DNA from: an uncultured Chloroflexia bacterium
GTDB taxonomy: Bacteria > Chloroflexota > Limnocylindria > Limnocylindrales > CSP1-4
Length of the DNA stretch: 64,000 nucleotides
Direction: 5' to 3'
Assembly (NCBI GenBank): GCA_963752475.1
Contig: CAVVYR010000004.1
Span: 96,001 to 160,000, forward strand
Below the pieces are notes generated by a model that worked only from the letters and a program-made list of their open reading frames with translations, ran no database searches and was not told the DNA's origin. The position numbers and the translations under genes are program-made. Numbering within the stretch: the stretch's first letter is position 1; each line of letters opens with the position of its first letter. Shown one piece after another: positions 8,738 through 19,620 of the stretch.

Positions 8738-11044
8738 ATGACGGATCGAGCCCCACAGCAACACGCCTCCGCCGAGAGCCCGGTCGTGCTCACGCCACCC
8801 GCTCCCGGCGAGGCCGCGGCGCCCACGCTCGGCATCGCGACCACGCTGCCGTTGCGACGCGAAGGCCGCGAGAAGCTCACCGGTGAGGCCAAGTACACCG
8901 ACGACCTCGTCTTCCCCGGCGCCTGGTACGGCGCGGCCATCCGGTCGACCGACGCGCACGCCAAGCTGCTCGGTCTGGAGCAGGACCCCGACTTCGACTG
9001 GTCGAGGGTCGTGGTCATGACGGCTGCCGACATCCCCGGCGAGAACACCGTCAGCATCATCATCGAGGACATGCCGGCGCTGGCCGAGGGCGAGATCGCC
9101 CACCATGCACAGCCGGTCGCGCTGGTGGCGGCGCCGGACAAGGCCACCCTGCGCGAGGCCAGGAAGCGCATCCGCCCGCTGACCGAGCCATTGGCGCCGG
9201 TCTTCGATCCCGAGGAGTCGGAGCACCAGTTCGCGGCCTACGAGATCACCAAGGGGGACCCGGACGCCGCCTTCGAGCAGGCCACGCTCATCGTGCAGGG
9301 CGAGTACCGCGTCGGCCACCAGGAGCAGCTCTACATCGAGAACCAGGCCATGATCGCCGAGCCCCGAGAGGACGGCGGCATCACCATCACGGGGTCTATG
9401 CAGTGTCCGTACTACGTGCATAGCGCGCTCAAGCGAGCCCTCGACCTGACCGACGAGCAGGCCGTGATCACGCAGGCCGAGACCGGCGGCGGCTTCGGGG
9501 GCAAGGAGGACTACCCCTCGGTCCTGGCTATCCACGCGGCATTGCTGGCGCAACGCGTGGGGAAGCCGGTGCGCATGATCTACGACCGCCACGAGGACAT
9601 CGCCGCGACGACGAAGCGACACCCGGCGCTGGTGCGCTACAAGTCGGGCGTGTCGGCTGCGGGCGAGCTCATCGCCCAGGAGATCGAGGTCGTGATGGAC
9701 GGCGGCGCGTACTGCACGCTCTCGCCGGTGGTGCTCTCGCGCGGCGTGCTTCACTCCGGTGGCCCGTACGAGTGCCCCAACGTCCACATCAAGGGCCGCT
9801 CGATGGCCACCAACACGCCGCCCAACGGCGCCTTCCGCGGCTTCGGCGCGCCGCAGGTCGGGTTCGCTCACGAGGTCCAGCTGTCACGTATCGCGCATGA
9901 GCTGGACGTCTCGCCGGCCGAGCTCCGGCAGCGCTGGATCTACCGCGAGGGCGGCACCACGCCGTCCGGCCAGGTGCTGCGCGAGTCGGTCGCAGCGGAT
10001 GAGGTCCTGCGCGAGGCCACGGAGGCCGCCGACTACGCAGGCGTGCTCGAGGTCAGCCGACAGACTCGCGGCGTGCGCTGGGGCCAGGCCGAGGAGGCTG
10101 GCGCAAGCTTCAACTCGACGCGCGTGCGATCCGCCTCAGGCATCGGCATCGCCATGGGTTGGCACGGCGCCGGCTTCACGGGCAGCGGCGAGCAGCGGAT
10201 GGGCAGCACCGCTGGCGTCGAGCTGGGGGCCGACGGCGTCGTCCGGCTGCTCATCGCCAACACCGAGATCGGCCAGGGCACCAACACCGTCATGCCCATG
10301 ATCGTGGCCGAGGTGCTGGGTGTGGAACCGTCGGAGGTCGAGCTCGCCCCGGTCGACACCTCGGTGGTCCCCAACAGCGGCCCGACCGTCGCCTCCCGGA
10401 CCGTGATGGTCGTGGGCGGGCTCGTCTCGAAGGCCGCGGCCAGGCTTCGGACGATCGTGGAAGAGCGCTCCGGGGGCTCGTTCGCTGACGTGTACAAGGC
10501 GGATGCCGCCGCGAATGGCGCCACGCGCATCGACCAGCAGTACGAGTCGGAGGTGGAGGTCGAGTTCGACGAGGAGACCCACACCGGCGATGCCTATCCC
10601 GCCTTCGGCTGGGCCTGCGCTGTGGCCAAGGTGGACGTGGACCTCGACACCGGAGAGGTGCGGGTGCGCTCGGTCGTCTCGGCCGACGATGTCGGGCGGG
10701 TCATCCATCCCCTGCTGGCCGAGGGCCAGGTCGAGGGCGGCACGCTCCAGGCGGTCGGATACGGCACCATCGAGGAGATGAAGGTGCAGGACGGACGCTA
10801 TCTCAACGACCGGCTCGCGACGTACATCATCCCGACCTCGATGGACGCGCCGGATATCACCGCCATCCTCGTGGAGGCGCCGTTCAGCGGCTCGCCACAC
10901 GGGGCCAAGGGCGTCGGAGAGCTGCCCATGAACGTGGCAGCACCGGCGGTCGTCGACGCCATCCACGACGCGGTCGGTGTGTGGATCACCGAGCTGCCGG
11001 CGACGGCAGAGAAGATCCTCGCGGCCATGGAGTCGGAAGCATGA
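8738..11044 (+). CDS. Xanthine dehydrogenase family molybdopterin-binding subunit
   Basis: EKLTGEAKYTDD, GGGFGGK, AFRGFG, EIGQG, ASR, GQVEGG, AKGVGE. Confidence 0.9.
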   Translation: MTDRAPQQHASAESPVVLTPPAPGEAAAPTLGIATTLPLRREGREKLTGEAKYTDDLVFPGAWYGAAIRSTDAHAKLLGLEQDPDFDWSRVVVMTAADIPGENTVSIIIEDMPALAEGEIAHHAQPVALVAAPDKATLREARKRIRPLTEPLAPVFDPEESEHQFAAYEITKGDPDAAFEQATLIVQGEYRVGHQEQLYIENQAMIAEPREDGGITITGSMQCPYYVHSALKRALDLTDEQAVITQAETGGGFGGKEDYPSVLAIHAALLAQRVGKPVRMIYDRHEDIAATTKRHPALVRYKSGVSAAGELIAQEIEVVMDGGAYCTLSPVVLSRGVLHSGGPYECPNVHIKGRSMATNTPPNGAFRGFGAPQVGFAHEVQLSRIAHELDVSPAELRQRWIYREGGTTPSGQVLRESVAADEVLREATEAADYAGVLEVSRQTRGVRWGQAEEAGASFNSTRVRSASGIGIAMGWHGAGFTGSGEQRMGSTAGVELGADGVVRLLIANTEIGQGTNTVMPMIVAEVLGVEPSEVELAPVDTSVVPNSGPTVASRTVMVVGGLVSKAAARLRTIVEERSGGSFADVYKADAAANGATRIDQQYESEVEVEFDEETHTGDAYPAFGWACAVAKVDVDLDTGEVRVRSVVSADDVGRVIHPLLAEGQVEGGTLQAVGYGTIEEMKVQDGRYLNDRLATYIIPTSMDAPDITAILVEAPFSGSPHGAKGVGELPMNVAAPAVVDAIHDAVGVWITELPATAEKILAAMESEA

Positions 11045-11552
11045 CCGCCGTGCGCGAGGGTTCGGCGGGGAATGGCAGTACGTACCGCTTCACGCTGAAT
11101 GGTGAGCCTCGCGAAGTATCGGTGCCGGGTATGCGCCGACTGCTCGATGTCGTGCGCGAGGAGCTCGGGTTGACCGGCACCAAGGAAGGCTGCGGTGAGG
11201 GCGAGTGCGGCGCTTGCACGATCATCCTCGACGGCATGGTCGTGGACAGCTGCCTGGTGCCGGTGTGTCAGGCCGATGGCTCGGAGATCCGTACGGTCGA
11301 GGGCCTGTCCGAAGCGCAGGCAGAGGCCTTGAACCCGCTGCAGCAGGCTTTCCTGGAGTACGGCGGAGCCCAGTGCGGCATCTGTACGCCGGGCATGCTG
11401 ATGTCGGCGCAGGCGTACCTCGAAGATGGCGGCTCAGCCGATGAGGACGACATCCGCGAGGCCATCGCCGGCAATCTTTGTCGCTGCACCGGCTATACCA
11501 AGATCATCGACGCCATCGAGGCCGCGGCCCTGGCGCGTGAGGGCGACGCCTG

Positions 11553-11553
<1 letters not shown>
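11041..11553 (+). CDS. Xanthine dehydrogenase family [2Fe-2S] subunit
   Basis: GTKEGCGEGECGACT, QCGICTPG, GNLCRCTGY. Confidence 0.93.
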
Positions 11554-12404
<851 letters not shown>

Positions 12405-13026
12405 TCAGTCCTGACCGAGCCTGGCGAGTTCGTCGGGCGTGTCGACATCGGGCATCTTTCCGCCGACCTTGACCTCCAGGACCGCGTCCGCACGCTGGGC
12501 GAGCGTCGAGCCCAGGCCGCGGTCGCCTTCGATCTCGTCGACCCAAGCCCAGGCCGGACGGAGCAGCAGCACCGGGTTGCGCGAGCCGGGCGCGTCGTAG
12601 CGGGGTACGACGGCCGCTGGGTCAGCCGGTCGGGCCGTGGCCGCCGCAGCCTCGAGCGCACGCATCGTGTCGGCCCGCAGCAGCGGCTGATCCCCGAGCA
12701 CGATGAAGGCGCCATCGAACGCATCTGGCAGTGCGCGCAGCGCATCGATAGCCACCTGCAGCGACGAAGCCAGGCCACGCTCCGGAGCATGGTTGCGCAC
12801 GCGCAACTCATCGGCCCAGGTGAGGGCATCCTCGATCGCCGGCGGCGCCTTCACCAAGCACGACGACGGTCACCGCGGGCCCATAGGCACGCACCTCCTC
12901 GAGCACGTGCTGCAGCACCGGCCGACCATCCAGCCGTGCGACCAACTTGGCCCCAGGCTCGTCGGAGAAGCGCGACCCGGCACCAGCCGCGAGCACGATC
13001 ACCCCAAGACGTAGTCGACGTTGCAC
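12405..13026 (-). CDS. mocA: MocA-like molybdenum cofactor nucleotidyltransferase, frameshift near 12855
   Basis: VLAAGAGSRFS...KL in the 12808..13050 frame; GLASSL, LGDQP, GDRG, DVDTPDE in the 12405..12857 frame; adjacent to XDH genes. Confidence 0.7.
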
Positions 13027-13117
13027 GAACCCGACCCTACACGCGAGCAAAGCTTGAGTGAAGCGTCGCGCAACGCACGATAAGCGGGGTCGAAGCGCGC
13101 GCGGTCATCCTGCAGGC

Positions 13118-13804
13118 ATGGCGACTTGGGAATCAGCCCGAGCGATGGGCAATCGACGCGCGCGGTCGCTCGCGCATGCGATCGGCCGGGAGTTGCTCGA
13201 CGCTCGATTGGCCGCGGGGCTCAGCCAGGGCTCGGTCGCACGCGCCGCGGGCCTGCACCAGTCGCGCATCAGTCGGACCGAGCGCAGCGTCGCACCGCTC
13301 CCTCGGCTGGACGAACTGGCGCGTCATTGTGCTGTGCTCGGTCAAGAGCTCGGCGCACGCTCCTTTCCCGTCGGCTCGCCGGTTCGCGACGCAGCACAGC
13401 GAGACCTGCTCACGGCGCTGCAGGCAATGGTCACCGGACTGTTCCGCTGGCGCTTCGAGGTCGGACTCGACATCCCGGGTGACAAGCGCGCCTGGGATGC
13501 GTGGCTGGACGGCCCCGGGGACATCGCCATCGACGCTGAGACGAGGCTCCGCGACGTGCAGGATCTACAACGCAAGCTCGAGCTGAAGTTGCGTGACAGC
13601 GGCTCGCCAAGGCTGGTCCTCTTGGTCTCGGCCACCAGACACAACCGGCGTGTCGTCCGTGAGCATCGAGAAGCGCTCAGGAGCACCCTGCCCTTGGACT
13701 CGCGTGACGTGCTCGCCGCCCTCCGGGCCGGCAAGGTACCGTCCGCCAACGGCATCGCTTTCGTGCGGCCGGCATCCTGGGATCGCTCATCCCTCCGGGC
13801 CTAG
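13118..13804 (+). CDS. XRE-family HTH protein fused to a restriction-endonuclease-like C-terminal domain
   Basis: RLAAGLSQGSVARAAGLHQSRISRTE HTH; C-terminal FEV...WDAW...IDAETRL acidic pattern reminiscent of a PD-(D/E)XK fold. Confidence 0.6.
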   Translation: MATWESARAMGNRRARSLAHAIGRELLDARLAAGLSQGSVARAAGLHQSRISRTERSVAPLPRLDELARHCAVLGQELGARSFPVGSPVRDAAQRDLLTALQAMVTGLFRWRFEVGLDIPGDKRAWDAWLDGPGDIAIDAETRLRDVQDLQRKLELKLRDSGSPRLVLLVSATRHNRRVVREHREALRSTLPLDSRDVLAALRAGKVPSANGIAFVRPASWDRSSLRA

Positions 13805-13943
13805 GCTGACGCTCGGGGGTGCCATTCGAGCCTATTTCGGGCGTCATGCCAACCCGCGGAGCCTCAACGGCGTTTGGGGAGACGATCGAGTACCCGCAGG
13901 ATGGCCTGACGCTGGAGAGCGGGTCTCGAGCGTCAGCCTAGGC
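13799..13943. mobile_element. MITE/REP-like long hairpin element with perfect 17-bp terminal inverted repeats
   Basis: GCCTAGGCTGACGCTCG (13799-13815) and its exact reverse complement CGAGCGTCAGCCTAGGC (13927-13943); inner stem GCGTCATGCCA/TGGCCTGACGC; CTAG at both ends. Confidence 0.55.
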
Positions 13944-13989
13944 TGGGGAGGATGGTGGGAGGTGGTGGCAGCCGGGCTTCGGCCGCAGG

Positions 13990-14115
13990 CGGGCAGCGGG
14001 AGGGTGGTGGCAGCGGCAGCCGGGCAGCGGGAGGATGGTGGCAGCGGCAGCCGGGCAGCGGGAGGGTGGTGGCAGCACTCGGCTGCTCGGGCAGCGGCAG
14101 CCGGGCAGCGGGAGG
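13990..14115. repeat. 31-bp GC-rich tandem repeat, about 3.5 copies
   Basis: Unit CGGGCAGCGGGAGG(G/A)TGGTGGCAGCGGCAGC starting at 13990, 14021 and 14052, with a partial copy at 14102. Confidence 0.85.
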
Positions 14116-14201
14116 TCGGCGGCTCGGGCTGCGGCACTCGGCGGCACACCGTGGGCAGCCAGTGCCTCTGTCCGATGGCACCCGACCGCGAGCTACGCCG
14201 C

Positions 14202-15200
14202 TCAGTTCAGGTCGATGGCGATGATGGAGGGGCCGTGCTTGACGGTCCCCTCAGGGCCGATGGCCTGGTTGCTGACGTACGCCACCAGGCCCTCTTCGCC
14301 CTCATACAGGGCCACGCTCGATGGGCCGGAGAGACCGTCGTCCACGTCTGCCACTGCCGAGATCTCGCCCTCGGGGTCGACCTTCCAGAGGGTGTGGTTG
14401 GACGGGTCAGCCACGTACAGGTAGCCGGCCTCGTCGAAGGCGATGCCATCGGGTGAGGTGCCGGGCAGCTCGGCGTAGACGAACGGCTCGCCGGCAGCAC
14501 CACCCCCGAGGATCGGGACACCGACCACGGTTCCCTGCTCGGTCACGGCGACGAAGACCGTGCCGTCGCGGACCGCCACACCGTTCGCTCCGACCGGGAA
14601 CGGGAAGGGCAACGCACCCGTTCCCTCAAGGAGTGGATCGTCGATCCACACCTCGGGCTCGGCGTAGCCGACGAACCCAAAGAGCTTCAGGCGCCAGATC
14701 TGACCCGTGGCCGAGTCAGACACGTACATGTGTTCGGCCGACTCATCGAAAGCGATGGCGTTGGCCATGGCCATCTGCTCCGTGCCTTCGATATGCCACC
14801 ACTCGTTGCCCGGATCGGAGCGCCCGTACGGGTCAAGCACGTGCACGCCGTTGAGCGCCGGGTCGGACGACACCACCGCTGTATACAGCCCGTGCATGTA
14901 TTGGTCCCGGTCACCGTTCAGCGCCATCCCGGTAAGACCGAAGTCGCCCTCTTGGAGCCCATCGAGTACGAAGAATGACTCGGCTTCGTCACTACCCCTC
15001 GCCAGCTTCAGGAAGCGGCCCTGGCTGGAGATGCCCGTGAAGACGTTGCCCTCCAGATCCACCGCTACGCCCTCGGCCACCTCGCCCGCTTCCAGATCGA
15101 ACGGGATGACCACGCGCGCGTGATCGTCGCCCGCGACGGCCCCGGCCAACGCCAGGGTCGCCGCCATGCCTACAGCAAGACCGTGGATCAGGCGCTTCAT
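14202..15200 (-). CDS. Secreted SMP-30/gluconolactonase-like beta-propeller protein
   Basis: Signal peptide [24 protein letters not shown]; AEGVAVD, ANAIAFD, GANGVAV, PDGIAFD blades; GGAGG RBS. Confidence 0.75.
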   Translation of the reverse strand: MKRLIHGLAVGMAATLALAGAVAGDDHARVVIPFDLEAGEVAEGVAVDLEGNVFTGISSQGRFLKLARGSDEAESFFVLDGLQEGDFGLTGMALNGDRDQYMHGLYTAVVSSDPALNGVHVLDPYGRSDPGNEWWHIEGTEQMAMANAIAFDESAEHMYVSDSATGQIWRLKLFGFVGYAEPEVWIDDPLLEGTGALPFPFPVGANGVAVRDGTVFVAVTEQGTVVGVPILGGGAAGEPFVYAELPGTSPDGIAFDEAGYLYVADPSNHTLWKVDPEGEISAVADVDDGLSGPSSVALYEGEEGLVAYVSNQAIGPEGTVKHGPSIIAIDLN

Positions 15201-15312
15201 CTCAACCTCCTCGCGCAGCGCGCGGTCGTCGAGCACCCTCGTGCCCCCTGTCGACTTAGTGGGGACAGACGCGGACACGGGTTCCAAATCCGCGGACGGC
15301 TACCATGCAGCG

Positions 15313-16779
15313 GTGACCGAAGCGCCGAAGTACACGAACCGCCTCATCCACGAGACCAGCCCCTACCTGCTCCAACACGCTCACAACCCGGTGAACTGGT
15401 ATCCGTGGGGCGAGGAGGCGCTGGCTCGGGCCAAGGAGCTCGACCAGCCCATCTTCCTCAGCATCGGCTACGCCGCCTGTCATTGGTGCCACGTGATGGA
15501 GCGCGAGTCGTTCGAGGACGAGGACACCGCTGCCGAGCTCAACGCCGCCTTCGTGCCGGTGAAGGTCGACCGCGAGGAGCGGCCCGACCTCGACAGCATC
15601 TACATGGACGCGCTGCAGGCGCTCACCGGCCAAGGCGGCTGGCCCATGAGCATGTTCCTTACGCCTGAAGGTCTCCCCTTCTACGGCGGTACCTACTTCC
15701 CCGACAAGCCCCGTCACGGCATGCCCGCCTTCCGCGTGCTCCTCGCTCGCATCGCCGACGTCTGGGACGACCGACGCGAGTGGGTCGAGTCGACCGCGAC
15801 GAAGCTGGCCGACCGCGTCCGAGAGGGCCAGGACGCCCCTGCCCGACTCCTCGCGGCCCTCTCCGAGCTCCCCGAGGTGGACCCGGCCCACCGCCTCGAC
15901 GACGCCACCAAGGGCATGCTCAAGTCGTTCGATCCTGTGAACGGCGGCTGGGGCGAAGCGCCGAAGTTCCCGCAGGCGATGTCGATCGAGTACCTCCTGC
16001 GCGAACACCTGCGGACCGGCGCCAAGGAGCCCCGACTGGTGGCTGAACGCACGCTCGACGCCATGGCCGCGGGCGGTATCTATGACCACCTCGGTGGCGG
16101 CTTCGCGCGCTACTCCACGGACGCCGCCTGGCTCGTGCCGCACTTCGAGAAGATGCTCTACGACAACGCCCTGCTCGCCCGTGCCTACGCCCATGCCGCA
16201 GAGCTCAGCGGTGACGCGAGCTATGGCTACTACGCGCGCGAAACGCTCGACTTCGTAGCCCACGAGATGCGCAACCCTCCCGGCGGTGCGTTCGCAGCCT
16301 CCCTCGACGCCGACACCGAAGGGATCGAGGGCGCGACGTACACCTGGGACGCCACCGAGGTGCGCGAGCTCCTGGGCGATGCTGCACCGCTGTTCGAGGA
16401 TGCCTACGGTGTGACCGACGGAGGTAACTGGGAGGGCCGCACGATCCTCAACCGTGTTCGCGGCGACACCGACCTCGCGGTCGAGCACGAACGGCCTCGC
16501 GATGAGATCGCCGAGGAGCTGGCCGAGGCGCGGACCCAGCTGCTTCGAGCCCGCGACGAACGACCGCAGCCCGCGCGCGATGACAAGGTGCTGACCAGTT
16601 GGAACGGGCTGATGATCGCCGCCTTCGCCGACGCCGGCCAAGCCCTCGCTGAGCCCTCCTTCGTGCGTATCGCGACCGAAGCGGCCGACTTCATCCTCGA
16701 CCAGCTCCGAGCGCCGGGTCCGGACGCAGAGACCGAGCCAGAGCACACGCCAGAGCCAGAGCCGGAGCACGAGGCGTGA
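15313..16779 (+). CDS. YyaL/SPATA20-like thioredoxin-domain protein, N-terminal part
   Basis: [72 protein letters not shown]. Confidence 0.9.
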   Translation: MTEAPKYTNRLIHETSPYLLQHAHNPVNWYPWGEEALARAKELDQPIFLSIGYAACHWCHVMERESFEDEDTAAELNAAFVPVKVDREERPDLDSIYMDALQALTGQGGWPMSMFLTPEGLPFYGGTYFPDKPRHGMPAFRVLLARIADVWDDRREWVESTATKLADRVREGQDAPARLLAALSELPEVDPAHRLDDATKGMLKSFDPVNGGWGEAPKFPQAMSIEYLLREHLRTGAKEPRLVAERTLDAMAAGGIYDHLGGGFARYSTDAAWLVPHFEKMLYDNALLARAYAHAAELSGDASYGYYARETLDFVAHEMRNPPGGAFAASLDADTEGIEGATYTWDATEVRELLGDAAPLFEDAYGVTDGGNWEGRTILNRVRGDTDLAVEHERPRDEIAEELAEARTQLLRARDERPQPARDDKVLTSWNGLMIAAFADAGQALAEPSFVRIATEAADFILDQLRAPGPDAETEPEHTPEPEPEHEA

Positions 16780-17471
16780 CCCAGGCCACCGAGCTCATCG
16801 TCTCGATCCACGTGCCCAAGACCGGCGGCGAGACCTTCCGCGACATCCTCGAAGCGCTCACCGAAGGCCACCTGCAGCGAGACTACGGTGACCGGCCGCT
16901 GGCGCCCATGACCATCCGGCAGCGCATCCGCCTGGCCACGGCCCGGCCGCAGCTGGAGCCCGGCACGCGCGCGGTCCACGGTCACTTCATCGCCACCAAG
17001 TACTGGCGGCGCTACCCCGAGGCCCGCTACATGGCCTGGTTCCGCGAGCCGATCGAGCGCCTGGCCTCGCACTACCACTACTGGAAGCGCAAGCCCGATC
17101 GCAAGAACCCGACCTGCCGGAAGCTCATCGAAGAGGATCTCTCACTGTCGGGCTTCGCGGGGCTGCCCGAGATGCGTGACGTGCAGGCTCGCTTCCTCGG
17201 CGAGGTCCCGCCCGAGCGCCTGGCCTTCGTCGGCATCACCGAGCGCTACGGCGAATCGATCGACCTCTTCCGCCGCGCCTTCTACCCGGCCATGCCGTCG
17301 ACCGCGGAGCACGTCAACGCCAACCCCGAGCGCGATGGTGAGCGCTACCAGCTCGACCCCGCCGTCCGCGGCGAGATCGAACGACTCAACGCCGCCGATA
17401 CGAAGCTCTACGAGGCGGCGCTGGTCCGCTTCGAGACGCTCCTCGCGACGCATCCGGAGCCCAGCGCATGA
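16776..17471 (+). CDS. Sulfotransferase family protein (Sulfotransfer_2-like)
   Basis: 5'-PSB-like [14 protein letters not shown], 3'-PB-like [31 protein letters not shown]. Confidence 0.8.
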   Translation: MTQATELIVSIHVPKTGGETFRDILEALTEGHLQRDYGDRPLAPMTIRQRIRLATARPQLEPGTRAVHGHFIATKYWRRYPEARYMAWFREPIERLASHYHYWKRKPDRKNPTCRKLIEEDLSLSGFAGLPEMRDVQARFLGEVPPERLAFVGITERYGESIDLFRRAFYPAMPSTAEHVNANPERDGERYQLDPAVRGEIERLNAADTKLYEAALVRFETLLATHPEPSA

Positions 17472-18160
17472 GCCGCCGAACGCTGCGTTCCTGGAAAGAC
17501 GGTCGGGCCCAGCACGACGGCACGCTGGAGGACTACGCCAACCTCGCCGAGGGGTTGCTCACGCTCTATCAGACCACGTTCGAGGAGCGCTTCTTCACCG
17601 CTGCGAGGGAGCTGGCAGACGCCATCCTCGACCACTTCGAAGCTCCCGAAGGCGGCTTCTTCGACACGGCCGACGACGCCGAGGAGTTGATGGCCCGACC
17701 GCGCAACCTGCAGGACAACGCGGTGCCCTCGGGTGGCGCCATGGCCACGACGGTGCTGCTGAAGCTGGCCGCCTTCACCGGCGACGCTCGCTATCGCGAT
17801 GCGGCCGAACGTGCCCTCGCGCCGATCGTCGGCATCGCCGCCCAGCACCCCACCGGCTTCGCCCAGTGGCTCCAGGCCTACCAGCTCGCGAGCAGTCCCA
17901 TCGACGAGATCGCCATCGTCGGTGATCCCGCCGCGGAGGACACCGGGGCCCTGCTCGCGATGGCCCGTGATGGCTTCCGGCCGAACCAGGTCATCGCCGT
18001 CTCAGCGGACCCCGCCGGCAGCGCCGTCCCGCTGCTCCACGACCGCCTCATGCTCGACGGTGCCGCCACCGCCTACCTCTGCCGCGGCTTCGCCTGCCAG
18101 CGCCCCACGACCGACCCGACCGAGCTGGCCAGCCAACTCAAGGCGGCTCGCTCGTCGTAG
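17468..18160 (+). CDS. YyaL/SPATA20-like protein, C-terminal part
   Basis: LRSWKDGRA, LEDYA, GGFFDT, QDNAVPSG, ATAYLCRGFACQRP are the typical C-terminal motifs of this family. Confidence 0.85.
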   Translation: MSRRTLRSWKDGRAQHDGTLEDYANLAEGLLTLYQTTFEERFFTAARELADAILDHFEAPEGGFFDTADDAEELMARPRNLQDNAVPSGGAMATTVLLKLAAFTGDARYRDAAERALAPIVGIAAQHPTGFAQWLQAYQLASSPIDEIAIVGDPAAEDTGALLAMARDGFRPNQVIAVSADPAGSAVPLLHDRLMLDGAATAYLCRGFACQRPTTDPTELASQLKAARSS

Positions 18161-18189
18161 GCTAGGGACATGCACTCCCACTGCGTCGC

Positions 18190-18858
18190 ATGACGACTTC
18201 CCGCGCCCCACGCGCCATCATCTTCGACCTCGACGGCACCCTCGTGGACACGGTCGGCACCCGCGTCGACTCATGGATGGCCGTCTTCCCCAAGTTCGGC
18301 ATCGATCCCGAACCGGAGTTCCTGGCACCGCTCATGGGCTCCGACGGCAAGTACCTCGCGCGCATGGTGGCCGAGGAGTACGGCGTCGAGTTGCAGCCTG
18401 GCGATGACGCCGAGATCGACATCCAGGCCGGCGCCGAGTTCCGCGTGCTCAACGCCGACCCGCGCGTCCTGCCGGCGGTCGCGGAGACGCTCGAAGGCCT
18501 GACCGATCGCGGCATGCCCTGGGCGGTCGCCACCTCCAGCCTGCCCGACGACGCACGCGAATCGGTCCAGGCCATCGGGCTGCGCTCGATGCCCATCATC
18601 TGCGACGGGGCCGATGTCGAACACGCCAAGCCCGCGCCGGACCTGCTGATCAAGGCCGCCGGACTGCTGAACGTGGAGCCCGCCGAGACCTGGTACGTGG
18701 GCGACTCCAAGTGGGACATGGTCGCGGCCAAGGCCGCCGGCATGCGCGCTATCGCGGTGCTCACCGGAGCCACCAGCGCCGAGGTCCTGGCCGACTCCGG
18801 CGCTGACGTCGTCTACGCCACGATGGCCGAGTTCCAGGCAGAGATCCCGCCGGCCTAG
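18190..18858 (+). CDS. HAD family hydrolase/phosphatase
   Basis: IFDLDGTLVDT, VATSS, KPAPD, VGDSKWD. Confidence 0.9.
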   Translation: MTTSRAPRAIIFDLDGTLVDTVGTRVDSWMAVFPKFGIDPEPEFLAPLMGSDGKYLARMVAEEYGVELQPGDDAEIDIQAGAEFRVLNADPRVLPAVAETLEGLTDRGMPWAVATSSLPDDARESVQAIGLRSMPIICDGADVEHAKPAPDLLIKAAGLLNVEPAETWYVGDSKWDMVAAKAAGMRAIAVLTGATSAEVLADSGADVVYATMAEFQAEIPPA

Positions 18859-18861
18859 AGC

Positions 18862-19566
18862 CTAGAGGCGCTCGTCACCGGCCAGGATGTCGGCAGCCTC
18901 CTTCACCGACGAGCGGATCTTCGGCGTCACCGCGTCACGCCGTCCGTGAGCCGAGTCGTGTGCCAAGTCCTCGAGCCGACCCTCGATCTCGCGCATCTGG
19001 GCCAGCTGCCGCTCGCGCAGCTCGGACAACGTGCCGCGACCCGAGTCGGCCGCGGCAGCCAGCACATGGCCCAGGTGCGCCAGGCACCACGGAGCCCTGG
19101 TGACCCACTCGCGCCAGACGTCGTCACTGCGCGCGAGATCGACCAACCGCTTGGCCGCTGCCGCGGCCAGGGTCAGCTCGTTCTCGCAGACCGGACAGTC
19201 CCACGCCGTCCGAGTAGCGTCACGGATCCGCTTGGCGGCCCGGAAGCCACCAGCGCCCTCGAGCCCTCGCCGTCGAGCGGCCAGCTGGGAGCGCAGGAAG
19301 ATGCCGCCACCGACACCGTCACCATTGCCCGCGGTATCGGCCACCACGGCGGCGCGGACGTGCCGCCCGCAGAACCCGCCGCCAGCGAGGAAGCGGTCCC
19401 GGTAGGCCCGATCGGTGGTGTGCTGGTAGAGGAGCGAGTCGAGGTACTGCGGCGCGACGCAGGACACGTGCGCACACATCGGACAGCCCGGTCCGGTGAT
19501 GGCGTCGACGAGCCCGTCGTCGCCCATCGACCGCGCACGTGGCCGCTCGCGACGCTCTGCTTCCAT
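18862..19566 (-). CDS. Hypothetical protein with two CxxC...CxxH metal-binding repeats (DUF6062-like)
   Basis: GCPMC...GFCGRH and DCPVC...WCLAH. Confidence 0.6.
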   Translation of the reverse strand: MEAERRERPRARSMGDDGLVDAITGPGCPMCAHVSCVAPQYLDSLLYQHTTDRAYRDRFLAGGGFCGRHVRAAVVADTAGNGDGVGGGIFLRSQLAARRRGLEGAGGFRAAKRIRDATRTAWDCPVCENELTLAAAAAKRLVDLARSDDVWREWVTRAPWCLAHLGHVLAAAADSGRGTLSELRERQLAQMREIEGRLEDLAHDSAHGRRDAVTPKIRSSVKEAADILAGDERL

Positions 19567-19620
19567 GGTTCCGCAGTCTAGGGCCAGGCCGCGGGTGGGG
19601 CCCAGGCCTCGCCCCTGCCG

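Noticed and set aside
13990-14115. Possible CRISPR array or coding repeat (ORFs 13593..14456 and 13844..14149)
   Set aside because: No spacers; the 31-bp period is not a multiple of three and the translations are low-complexity.
16762-17471. Sulfotransferase as an excisable element bounded by target-site duplications
   Set aside because: Excision between the CCGGAGC repeats still leaves a stop before the C-terminal half; the similarity is explained by RBS plus stop/start overlap.
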